A stretch of DNA of 39,209 nucleotides, taken from positions 1-39,209 of the IMG/VR virus record IMGVR_UViG_3300037722_000325. One strand, given 5' to 3'. Position numbers and translations under genes: made by a program. Below the pieces are notes generated by a model, which was not told the DNA's origin, made no database searches, and was given only the letters and a program-made list of their open reading frames with translations. Numbering within the stretch: position 1 is the stretch's first letter; the number at the start of each line of letters is the position of its first letter. Below are positions 8,603 to 17,020 of the stretch, piece after piece. The DNA comes from a virus. Its lineage: Duplodnaviria; Caudoviricetes.

Positions 8603-9109
8603 ATGGCAGTCGTAACAACGAAGAGCACGATCGTTTCGAACTCCGACGCAACACCCAACATCAACACGCCGGCACTCATCAACCACGGGCGCCTTCGCGA
8701 GCAGGTGGCAGTCGTTGCGGTTGCTGCCGGCGACGACGATGCGAGTCTCTTTCCGGTCGCTCGCGTGTGGTCGGGCTGGCGCATTTCGTCAATTGAGATT
8801 GCGGCCGACGCTCTCGGCACCGGGGCACTCTACGATGTCGGCATCTACGATATCGCGGCGAACGGGGGTGCGGCGATAGATGACGACGAGTTTGCGTCTG
8901 CGCTCGACCTATCGGCTGCCGTCGCGCTCACCAACGTCACCAACGAGGCCGCGGCCACCGATCTTGTCAAGATGGAGATGGCGCTGTGGGAGCGGCTGGG
9001 CTTAACCGAAGACCCGAAGAAGTGGTACGACGTGGTGCTCACCGCGGACGGCGCGGGCACAGCGGCGGGCGATATCTTCGTGCGCGTTCGCTACGTCGAC
9101 GGCACGTAA
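8603..9109 (+). CDS. Putative capsid decoration/cement protein
   Basis: AAGGAG RBS; directly after the capsid gene; beta-rich, ending GDIFVRVRYV. Confidence 0.7.
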   Translation: MAVVTTKSTIVSNSDATPNINTPALINHGRLREQVAVVAVAAGDDDASLFPVARVWSGWRISSIEIAADALGTGALYDVGIYDIAANGGAAIDDDEFASALDLSAAVALTNVTNEAAATDLVKMEMALWERLGLTEDPKKWYDVVLTADGAGTAAGDIFVRVRYVDGT

Positions 9110-9151
9110 GGCCCAAGCGCTCCCGGAGCGATCTGGGGGCGCACCCGCCTT

Positions 9152-9763
9152 ATGGCAACGATTGCGCTCACCGCGCAACTCATCGGCGAGAAGGCCGCTG
9201 CGATGCCGCGTATTGCCGGCACGAGGACGGGCCCGCTCATCGTTGTTGGTACCGGTCGCACTATGTGGGCCGATCTCGCAGCGCTCGACACCCTCGACGC
9301 CGATGTGATGGCGATCAACATGGCCGGCGTGTTCTTGCCGCGCGCGCCCCAGCACTGGGCGAGTCTGCACGGGGAGAAGTTTCAATGGTGGATTCCTCTT
9401 ATGCACGCGGACGGTGTCGCCTGGAACGAGCGCGGCTTCAGCGCCGGCCCGGTGATGGAAACGCACTCCTACCGGCGCTATCCGGGAGTGAAGCACGTAT
9501 GGCCCGATTCCATCATGCCCCCGACTGATGGCGGCAGCGGCCTTGCTGGTATTCGCGCCGGCCTCGCGATGGGGTACGCGCCCCTGATTCTCGCGGGCAT
9601 GCCGATTGATGACACCGGCCATTTCTACGACCCGCCGGGGCGCGCGCTGGCGACACACGGGATGTTCCTTGCTGTTTTCCGCCAAGCTGCGAAGCACGAG
9701 TTTCGCGGGCGCGTGCGCTCGATGTCAGGTGCCACGCGCGAGCTGGTGGGGGCGCCATGCTAG
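9152..9763 (+). CDS. Maf/DUF115-like (sialyltransferase-type fold) putative glycosyltransferase
   Basis: LIVVGTG...VMAIN...GGSGLAGIRAGLAMGYAPLILAGMP..GHFYD matches the Maf_flag10/CstII-like pattern. Confidence 0.6.
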   Translation: MATIALTAQLIGEKAAAMPRIAGTRTGPLIVVGTGRTMWADLAALDTLDADVMAINMAGVFLPRAPQHWASLHGEKFQWWIPLMHADGVAWNERGFSAGPVMETHSYRRYPGVKHVWPDSIMPPTDGGSGLAGIRAGLAMGYAPLILAGMPIDDTGHFYDPPGRALATHGMFLAVFRQAAKHEFRGRVRSMSGATRELVGAPC

Positions 9764-10632
9764 TCGTCGCGCCAGCATGGGGCGAGCGTTGCGTGCCGCT
9801 CTTCACCGGCGCGGTGCTCGATTCACACCGGGCGGCGCTGGAGAATTTCGCTGGCCACGTGCGCTACCTCTGTCACACCGACCGCCCGGAGATCGTGCGC
9901 GCAGCCATTACGCGAAAAATCGGCTGCGATGTTGCCTGCCCCAGCGTGCCACGGGCCGCTGGTTATGAGGCGTTCGCAAGCGCGACCAGGGAAGCGCTGC
10001 TCTCAGCCGAACCGGGAGAGGTAGTCGTATTTCTGAGCGCCGATGTCATCGTCTCGCGCGAAGTATTTATCGCCGTGCGCGCTGCGGTCGAATCTGGAAA
10101 AAAGGCTGTGATGTGCGCCGGCACCCGAACGTTGCCTGACGGGAATGTCCCCATCGGAGCAAGCTCGGTCGCCCTCCTCGCGTGGTCGCTTGAAAACGCC
10201 CATCCGCTCATTCGCGAGTGCTTCTACGGCGATGGACGCACAAGACTTCCATCAACGATTTACTTCCGCGATGCATCCGGTGTTTCAATGCGCGGATTTC
10301 ATCTGCACCCGCTCGCAATCGTCAACGATCGCGCGCTGGCGCTTACGTCTACCGTCGATTGGGATCTGGCAACCAACTATCCTCGAGAAGCGGTCCACGT
10401 CGTGACCGATCCGGACGAGCTTGCGCTTGCCGAGATTTCGCCAGCACAAAAGACTTTTGGGGTGCTCGCGCACCCTTTCACAGCGGCCGACGTGGCCCGC
10501 TGGGCATCCGCGCGCACCTTGCCGTTTCATTGGTGGCTCTTTGAGCACCGGATAACGCTTTTCGGCGCGGGCGCTCAGGACGACCGGGCGTTCCTCGACC
10601 GGCTCCAAATTGAGCGCAGGAGAGCCGCTTGA
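9757..10632 (+). CDS. Putative GT-A fold glycosyltransferase
   Basis: N-terminal VVAPAWG..(C)V..F, YLCHTD and VVFLSADVIV (DxD-equivalent position). Confidence 0.55.
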   Translation: MLVVAPAWGERCVPLFTGAVLDSHRAALENFAGHVRYLCHTDRPEIVRAAITRKIGCDVACPSVPRAAGYEAFASATREALLSAEPGEVVVFLSADVIVSREVFIAVRAAVESGKKAVMCAGTRTLPDGNVPIGASSVALLAWSLENAHPLIRECFYGDGRTRLPSTIYFRDASGVSMRGFHLHPLAIVNDRALALTSTVDWDLATNYPREAVHVVTDPDELALAEISPAQKTFGVLAHPFTAADVARWASARTLPFHWWLFEHRITLFGAGAQDDRAFLDRLQIERRRAA

Positions 10633-11453
10633 TGCTGACCGCCGTCTATGACCTCGCGGTGAGCCCGCCGACCTTCGATTTCGTCTCCTTTCTCGTGTCG
10701 GCCGAGCGCGAGAGGCTGCGGCAGGGCAAAGCGCATATCCGGGTCCTGATTGCGGCAGGCCCGGATCATGGCTTCCGGCGTGACGAGCTCCCGCCCCGTG
10801 ACCCGGCTGAGCGGCGCCGGATGCTGGACAACATCGTGCTGCCGATGTGCGGCCTCCTGCCATCTGTGGTTGCCGTCGAAGAGTGGGAAGCCCACGAGAT
10901 CAAGGCCTGCGACTTCCCCGCCGAGTGGACGCCTCGCACCCGCATGAATAACTGCTACAGCACCGACTTGATGGTGCAGGCATGGAAGAAGCGCTGTTTT
11001 CCGCTCACCGCTGGTGTGACCGAGCACACGGACGAGATCACCATCACGCTGCGCGAATCCGAGTACTGGCCGTCTCGCAACAGCAACGTCCCGGCCTGGA
11101 TGGAGCTTGCCGGTGAGCTGCGCGCCCGGGGTGAGAACGTGCGCGTGATTCATCACAACGACTTCCCGCACGTGCGCGACCGGGCGCAGGTGTACGAGCG
11201 CGCGAAGCTCAACCTCTTCGTCAATAACGGCCCGGCTGCGTTCGCCTACTTCATGCCCCGCGCGCGCTGCCTCGTGTTCAAGATGGTCACAGAGGGTGTG
11301 CCGTGCGCGGGCGCCAAATTCTTTGCCGGCATCGGCTTCCCCGTGGGCTCGCAGATCGGGCGCGAGGGTTGCCGCATCGTGTGGGAAGACGACGACGCCG
11401 AAACGATCGCGCGCGAAACCATAAGGGAGTTGGAGGAGTACGAACATGGCTAG
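10629..11453 (+). CDS. Putative GT-B fold (GT9-like) glycosyltransferase
   Basis: ITITLRE...RNSNVPAWMELAGELRARG..V and RAQVYERAKLNLFVNNGPA resemble the GT9 nucleotide-sugar-binding domain. Confidence 0.6.
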   Translation: MMLTAVYDLAVSPPTFDFVSFLVSAERERLRQGKAHIRVLIAAGPDHGFRRDELPPRDPAERRRMLDNIVLPMCGLLPSVVAVEEWEAHEIKACDFPAEWTPRTRMNNCYSTDLMVQAWKKRCFPLTAGVTEHTDEITITLRESEYWPSRNSNVPAWMELAGELRARGENVRVIHHNDFPHVRDRAQVYERAKLNLFVNNGPAAFAYFMPRARCLVFKMVTEGVPCAGAKFFAGIGFPVGSQIGREGCRIVWEDDDAETIARETIRELEEYEHG

Positions 11454-12012
11454 CTCAGAAGTCCAGATTTGCTCGAACGCGCTGCTGATGCTCGGCTCGC
11501 AAACGATCAATTCCTTCGATGACGAGTCCGACCGGGCAACCCTCGTGTCGAACCTGTGGCCGAATGCACGTGACGCGGTGCTGCGCGCGCACCCGTGGAA
11601 TTGCGCGGTGAAGCGCGTCGTGCTCTCGCCTGACGTTGCTGCCCCGGCATTCGATTACGGCTCCGCGTTCACGCTTCCCGGTGACTGGCTGCGCGTGCTC
11701 TCCGTGGGCGAGGAGGGTGAGCAGATCCCGTACCTGCTCGAAGCTCGCAAGATCCTGATGGACGAGACGATCTGCCAGTTGCGCTACCTATTTCGAAACG
11801 AGGATATTCCGAGCTGGGACGCGCTATTGGTCGAGGCGATGGAAGCGTACATGGCAATGACGTGCGCTTACCCGATCACGAAGTCGGCCGCGCAGCAGGA
11901 GGCAATGGCTGCGCTCTGGAAGCTGAAGCTGCAGCAGGCCCGCACCGTCGATGGCCAGGAGAACCCGCCCGAAACCGTGGGCGACTTCCCGCTGCTAAAC
12001 GTGAGGCGGTGA
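11446..12012 (+). CDS. Tail tubular protein A / adaptor (T7 gp11-like)
   Basis: SEVQICSNALLMLG, VLRAHPWNCA and LPGDWLRV motifs. Confidence 0.88.
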   Translation: MASSEVQICSNALLMLGSQTINSFDDESDRATLVSNLWPNARDAVLRAHPWNCAVKRVVLSPDVAAPAFDYGSAFTLPGDWLRVLSVGEEGEQIPYLLEARKILMDETICQLRYLFRNEDIPSWDALLVEAMEAYMAMTCAYPITKSAAQQEAMAALWKLKLQQARTVDGQENPPETVGDFPLLNVRR

Positions 12013-12016
12013 GAGC

Positions 12017-14431
12017 GTGGCGCGTCTCACCACGATCAAGACGAACTTCACCGCCGGCGAGCTCTCCCCGAGGCTGCTGGGGCGCGTCGACGTGTCGCGC
12101 TACCACAACGGCGCGCGCACCCTTCGAAACGCCTACCCGCTTGTCCACGGTGGCGCGCGAAGGCGCGCAGGTACCCGCTATGCGGCGGCGGCGAAGAATG
12201 CGACAAAGCCCGCGCGCCTGGTGCCCTTCATCTTCTCCCGCACGCAGGCTTTCATGCTGGAACTGGGTGAAACCTACATCCGCTTCTACATCCCGAGCGG
12301 ACAGGTTGAATCGGCTCCGGGCGTGGCCTACGAGATCGCCTCGCCCTGGGATGACACCGAACTCGAGGACCTGAAGTACGTGCAGGGCGCGGACACGATG
12401 TTCTTCGCGCATCCGAGCTACGCGATGCGAAAGCTCGTGCGCTACGCGAACACGAACTGGAAGCTCTCCCAGGTCGTCTTCGAGGTGCCGCCCTCGGACG
12501 AGATCGGCGAGCGCCCGGCCACCACGTTGACACTCTCGGCTGTGACTGGCGCAGGTGTCACCGCGACCGCCGGTGCTGCATCGTTTCAAGATTCGGACGT
12601 CGGGCGCTTCATCGATTCTGGCGCCGGGCGCGCGGAGATCGTGGGCTTCACCTCCACCACGACGGTCACGGTTGATGTCGACGATGACTTCGCGTCGGTC
12701 AACATCGCCTCGGGCGCGTGGACCATCACCGAGAGCCCGAAAACCACGGTGACGCCCGATGTGCTGGGTCCGCTCAGCGCTGCGATCACTCTCACAGCCG
12801 GGGCGAATGCATGGAAGAACACCGCGCAGGTGAGCTATATCGGCATGTTCGTCGAGATAAATGATGGCCTGGTTGAGTTGACGGGCATCACGAGCGCGCT
12901 CATTGCAACCGGCATCGTGCGAACCCCGCTTATTTCGGTCGCCGCGGCGCCCTCGGAAGGCTGGGCGCTACGGCAAACGATCTGGAATTCGGTCGACGGC
13001 TTCCCCCGGGCACTCACGATCGATGGACAGCGGTTGATTGCCGCAGGATCTGCTGCCTATCCGAACGGGGTTGCAGGCTCGCGCATCGGCGAATACTTCA
13101 ACTTTGCCGAGGGCACGGCCGATTCGGACGGCTTCTTTTTTGTGCTCGGCACCGGTGACCAAACTCCGATCGAGCACCTCGCCTCGGTTCGCGCACTTAT
13201 CGCGTTGAGCAACAGCGGGGAAACCTCGATACGGGGTGGCAACGAGAAACCGATCACTCCGACCAACGTGCAGGCGAAGTCCGAAACCGTCTACGGGGCG
13301 GACTTTCCCCGGCCAGTGCGCGCGGGTTCCGAGATCATTTTCGTGCAGCGAGGCCGCAAGAAGATTCGGGCGCTGGGCTACCGGTTCGAAATCGACGCGT
13401 TCAACGCGCCCGACGTGTCGGTGCTCTCAGAGCACATTTCCGGGGACGGCTTGGGCGAGATCGCATTCCAGCAGGAGCCAGACCAGGTGGTGTGGATGGT
13501 GCGAGATGACGGCGCGCTCGTTTCCATGTCGATCGACCGTGATCAGGATGCAATCGGATTTGCCCATCACGACACGGACGGGGAATTCGAGAGCATTGCC
13601 GTGATCCCCGACGAAAGCACCGATCAGCTGTGGGCGGTGGTGGTGCGCGAGATCAATGGCGTGACAACACGCTACGTCGAGCGCTTCGAGGAAGGCCTGC
13701 AAACCGATTGCACCTTGACAGGTGCCGTGGCCGAATCGGCCATCGTTTCTGCCGCCTGGGCGGCCGGCATCGTCACGGTCCAGCAAACCGCGCACGGATA
13801 CGCAACTCACGACATGATCCGCTTGTCGGGCTTCACGCCTTCAGCTTACGACGGCGAGCACGAGATCACGAAGCTGAACAACAATACCTATGCCTTCCCG
13901 CTCGCCGCGGATCCCGGCGCCGTGACGGTGGCAGGCACCGCAGCGAAGGCAACCGTCAACTGGTCCGGGCTCGGGCACCTCGAAGCAAAGACGGTGGATA
14001 TTGTCGCGGACGGCTACGTCGCCACGCCAAAGACGGTCGTGGCCGGCGCCATCACGCTGAACAAGGCCGCCTATTCTGTCGAGATCGGCCTGCACTACAA
14101 ATCCACGATCAAGACGCTCCCGCCCGAGGTGCAGACCGGCCAGGGCGTGGCGCAAGGCAACGCGATTTCAATTCACGAAATCATTGTGCGGCTCTACGCG
14201 AGCAAGGGCGGCACGATCAACGGCCAGCCGATCAACATGCGCGACTTCGGCGCGGGACCGGTGCTCGATCAGCCGATACCGGAGTTCACCGGCGACAAGC
14301 GCGCGGAAAACTTGGGCTGGGGACGCACCGGCAGCGGGGACTCTGATGGCTCGGTCACGATCGAGCAGGATCAGCCGTTGCCGCAGCAGGTGCTCGCCGT
14401 GATCCTGAGATTGTCGGTCAATGATGGATGA
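12017..14431 (+). CDS. Tail tubular protein B / nozzle (T7 gp12-like)
   Basis: NFTAGELSPRLLGRVD, GGARRRAGT, YVQGADTMF and IEQDQPLP motifs. Confidence 0.9.
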   Translation: MARLTTIKTNFTAGELSPRLLGRVDVSRYHNGARTLRNAYPLVHGGARRRAGTRYAAAAKNATKPARLVPFIFSRTQAFMLELGETYIRFYIPSGQVESAPGVAYEIASPWDDTELEDLKYVQGADTMFFAHPSYAMRKLVRYANTNWKLSQVVFEVPPSDEIGERPATTLTLSAVTGAGVTATAGAASFQDSDVGRFIDSGAGRAEIVGFTSTTTVTVDVDDDFASVNIASGAWTITESPKTTVTPDVLGPLSAAITLTAGANAWKNTAQVSYIGMFVEINDGLVELTGITSALIATGIVRTPLISVAAAPSEGWALRQTIWNSVDGFPRALTIDGQRLIAAGSAAYPNGVAGSRIGEYFNFAEGTADSDGFFFVLGTGDQTPIEHLASVRALIALSNSGETSIRGGNEKPITPTNVQAKSETVYGADFPRPVRAGSEIIFVQRGRKKIRALGYRFEIDAFNAPDVSVLSEHISGDGLGEIAFQQEPDQVVWMVRDDGALVSMSIDRDQDAIGFAHHDTDGEFESIAVIPDESTDQLWAVVVREINGVTTRYVERFEEGLQTDCTLTGAVAESAIVSAAWAAGIVTVQQTAHGYATHDMIRLSGFTPSAYDGEHEITKLNNNTYAFPLAADPGAVTVAGTAAKATVNWSGLGHLEAKTVDIVADGYVATPKTVVAGAITLNKAAYSVEIGLHYKSTIKTLPPEVQTGQGVAQGNAISIHEIIVRLYASKGGTINGQPINMRDFGAGPVLDQPIPEFTGDKRAENLGWGRTGSGDSDGSVTIEQDQPLPQQVLAVILRLSVNDG

Positions 14432-14895
14432 TCGAAATGGCCATTAGACGCGCCACAGAGGCCGATCTGCCCGGGCTGGTGGCCCTGGGCAGGGCGATGC
14501 ACGCGGAAGCGCCCAGGATGCGTTTACATGCATTTGACGGGGAGAAAGTCGGCAAGGTGCTCTCCTTTGCGCTCAGTTCCGGAGTCATTTTCGTCTACGA
14601 AGGGCCGGACGGGGTGATTGAAGGGGGCTTTGCCGGGATCCTGACCGAGCGCTGGTTTTCTCCGGACCGGGAGTTTCGTGATCTCGCGATGTTCGTGCGC
14701 CAGGATAAGCGCGGGGGGCTTGCTGCGTGGCGCTTGCTGCGCGCGGTCATCGCGTGGTGCCAGGAACAGGGGCTGCAGCCGTCCGATGTGCAGTTCGGGA
14801 TTTCAACCGGTGTGCATCTGGAACAGACCGGGCGGTTGTATGAGGCGCTCGGATTCCGTCGCGTGGGCCACATTTACGAGCTGGAGGCGTTCTGA
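14428..14895 (+). CDS. GNAT acetyltransferase-fold protein (T7 gp13 position)
   Basis: IRRATEADL, MFVRQDKRGG and LYEALGF GNAT motifs. Confidence 0.85.
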   Translation: MIEMAIRRATEADLPGLVALGRAMHAEAPRMRLHAFDGEKVGKVLSFALSSGVIFVYEGPDGVIEGGFAGILTERWFSPDREFRDLAMFVRQDKRGGLAAWRLLRAVIAWCQEQGLQPSDVQFGISTGVHLEQTGRLYEALGFRRVGHIYELEAF

Positions 14896-14969
14896 TGGAC
14901 GGGTGTATTGAGCATGTTGGACTGATCGGTCAGCGCCGGATCTGGGCGCACGTCTAAGGAGAGCGCGTC

Positions 14970-15485
14970 ATGTGCACCGGGTTTGAGTCGATGATGATCG
15001 GATTCACCGCCTTGAGCGCGGCGAATCAGATCACGCAGGGCAATCAGGCGAAGGGCTTTGCCGACTTTCAGGCCGCCCAGGCGAATGCCGACGCGCAGGC
15101 CGAGCGCGAGATGGGCGACGTGCGCGCCGATAAGGTCCGCCGGGCCGGCACGCGCCAGCAATCCGAAGCGCGCGCGGCGCTTGCCGCAAGCGGTGTCGAG
15201 GTGGGCGCCGGCACGGCTCTGAAGATTTTCGAGGATATAAGCGGGGACACCGAGGAAGCGGCGCTGCAGGATATTCTCTTCGGCACCCGCAAGGGGGCGC
15301 GGCTCGATCAGGAAGCGCAAGCGCTGCGTGCCGCCGGGAAAAACGCGCGCACCGCAGGTCTCATGGGTGCCGGCGGCTCGATTCTCTCGGCTGGAGCGAC
15401 TTTGACGAAGCCAGGCTGGAAGCACACGCAGGCACCCGCGCCGGTTGAAGAGCGCAGCGTTCTTAACGCAGTGACGATCCGATAA
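14970..15485 (+). CDS. Internal virion / ejection protein (T7 gp14-like)
   Basis: AAGGAG RBS; MC start; ARAALAASGVEVGAGTAL motif. Confidence 0.8.
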   Translation: MCTGFESMMIGFTALSAANQITQGNQAKGFADFQAAQANADAQAEREMGDVRADKVRRAGTRQQSEARAALAASGVEVGAGTALKIFEDISGDTEEAALQDILFGTRKGARLDQEAQALRAAGKNARTAGLMGAGGSILSAGATLTKPGWKHTQAPAPVEERSVLNAVTIR

Positions 15486-17020
15486 TGGCACGCATCCGAC
15501 TCGGTGACTTCGGCAACGCGGTGGCGCCGCTCGCGCCCCCCTCGCGCGTTCCCGTGCAGGCATTCGTGCGTGGCGACGGCGGGTTCTTTGAAACCGGGCA
15601 GCGCATCGCTGCACGAGGGGTTGCAGAAGAACGCGCAGCGCGTGATCAGCAGATCGAGCGGGAACGCAAGAGCAGGCGCGCCGCGTCGCTGCAAGACGCC
15701 CTCGGCAGGGCGACCGCCGACCTTGCCGAGTTGGAATTGAATTTTGATCGCGATCAGGACTTCAAGACCGCTCCGGTGCGGTTTCTGGCTGAAGCGAAAA
15801 AACTGCGCGACAAGTACGCTTCGGGCTTTGACGATGAGGTAGTCACGCAAGCTTTCGGCGGCGAATTCCAGAAGCTTTCCCTCGCCAAGTACGTGAACAT
15901 CAGGAAGGACAGCGCGAAGAAGGAGCGCGACTACAACGTCGCATCGTTGGACACGAATCTTGATGTGTTCGCGCAAGGGGCTGCGACAGCGCGAAGCCCC
16001 GAAGAACGCATCCTCATGCAGCGCGAGGCTCAGATCGCGATCGCTGCCGCCGTCACGAGCGGTTACGTTGATCCGGTAGACGCGGGCAAGCGCCAGCGAA
16101 CCTTTCTCTCCCGCACTGATGATCACTTGGTGCGCAGGGATATTGCACAGGCTCCGGGGGCGACCGCTGACAGGCTTGCTCTTGATGCTGAGTACGCACC
16201 AAATCTCGACCCATCCACACGGCAGCGCTGGATCGACACCGCGTACCGGCGCGATGAAACCGAGCGCGTGCGCGTTGAGCGGGACGAAGAACGCGAGCGC
16301 AGAAAGCGCGGCGATGATCTGCTGAAAGAAGCCTTTGCAAGGCACGAGGCAGGCAAGCTCACCCGCGAGTACATTGAGCAAGTGCGAGCATTCGTCGAGC
16401 CCGCGGAGTATCGATCGCTCCTCAAGGGACTGCGCGAAGGCGCTGGCGGCAAGAACGATGAAACGGCACTCGCCGATCTGCACCGCATCCTCTACGTCGA
16501 GAACAATCCGACTGAGGCCGAGCGCAAGGCATTCCAGTACCAGAAGGCCGGCCTGCTCAAAAGCACGACGCTCGGGCAGTTCCTCGGGACATCACGCACA
16601 CACGCCAGGCAGGAAGGTCCGCGCAGTCCGTACGAACGCGAGCGCGCCTACATCGTGAATGCGATCAGGCCCTCGGAAATGGTTCAGGACCCGGCCGCGT
16701 CCGCCCGGTTTGCGATGGCAATCCGGGAGTACGACGATTACGCATTGCAAGCGGGCGTTGAACGCCAGCCGAAGGAATTGCGTGAGAAGGCGGACGACAT
16801 CCTGAAGCGGCTCTCGATTGTCAATATGGTCGATATCGCGCGCAAGACCGGCATCGAAGGCCGCAACGATCCGCAGCAGGTGCTTGACGCGATTACCGGA
16901 AAAGCGCTGCGACTCAGGCAGGACTTTGAACAGAAGCGCATCAGCAAGGTGGACTTCGACAAGAAGATGCAGGCGTTGAACGATGCACGCAAGGCAGCGG
17001 AGAAGAACCTTGGCCGATAA
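15485..17020 (+). CDS. Internal virion / ejection protein (gp15-like)
   Basis: Helical 511 aa protein between the gp14-like and gp16-like genes. Confidence 0.7.
   Translation: MARIRLGDFGNAVAPLAPPSRVPVQAFVRGDGGFFETGQRIAARGVAEERAARDQQIERERKSRRAASLQDALGRATADLAELELNFDRDQDFKTAPVRFLAEAKKLRDKYASGFDDEVVTQAFGGEFQKLSLAKYVNIRKDSAKKERDYNVASLDTNLDVFAQGAATARSPEERILMQREAQIAIAAAVTSGYVDPVDAGKRQRTFLSRTDDHLVRRDIAQAPGATADRLALDAEYAPNLDPSTRQRWIDTAYRRDETERVRVERDEERERRKRGDDLLKEAFARHEAGKLTREYIEQVRAFVEPAEYRSLLKGLREGAGGKNDETALADLHRILYVENNPTEAERKAFQYQKAGLLKSTTLGQFLGTSRTHARQEGPRSPYERERAYIVNAIRPSEMVQDPAASARFAMAIREYDDYALQAGVERQPKELREKADDILKRLSIVNMVDIARKTGIEGRNDPQQVLDAITGKALRLRQDFEQKRISKVDFDKKMQALNDARKAAEKNLGR

Noticed and set aside
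9152-11453. Gtr-type O-antigen seroconversion cluster
   Set aside because: No flippase, bactoprenol transferase or polytopic membrane GT is present, and the genes are in the late operon rather than near att.
15308-16483. Long antisense ORFs (for example 15308-16483, 21279-22262, 24373-25353, 10575-11510)
   Set aside because: They shadow well-supported genes in high-GC DNA and show no recognisable motifs.
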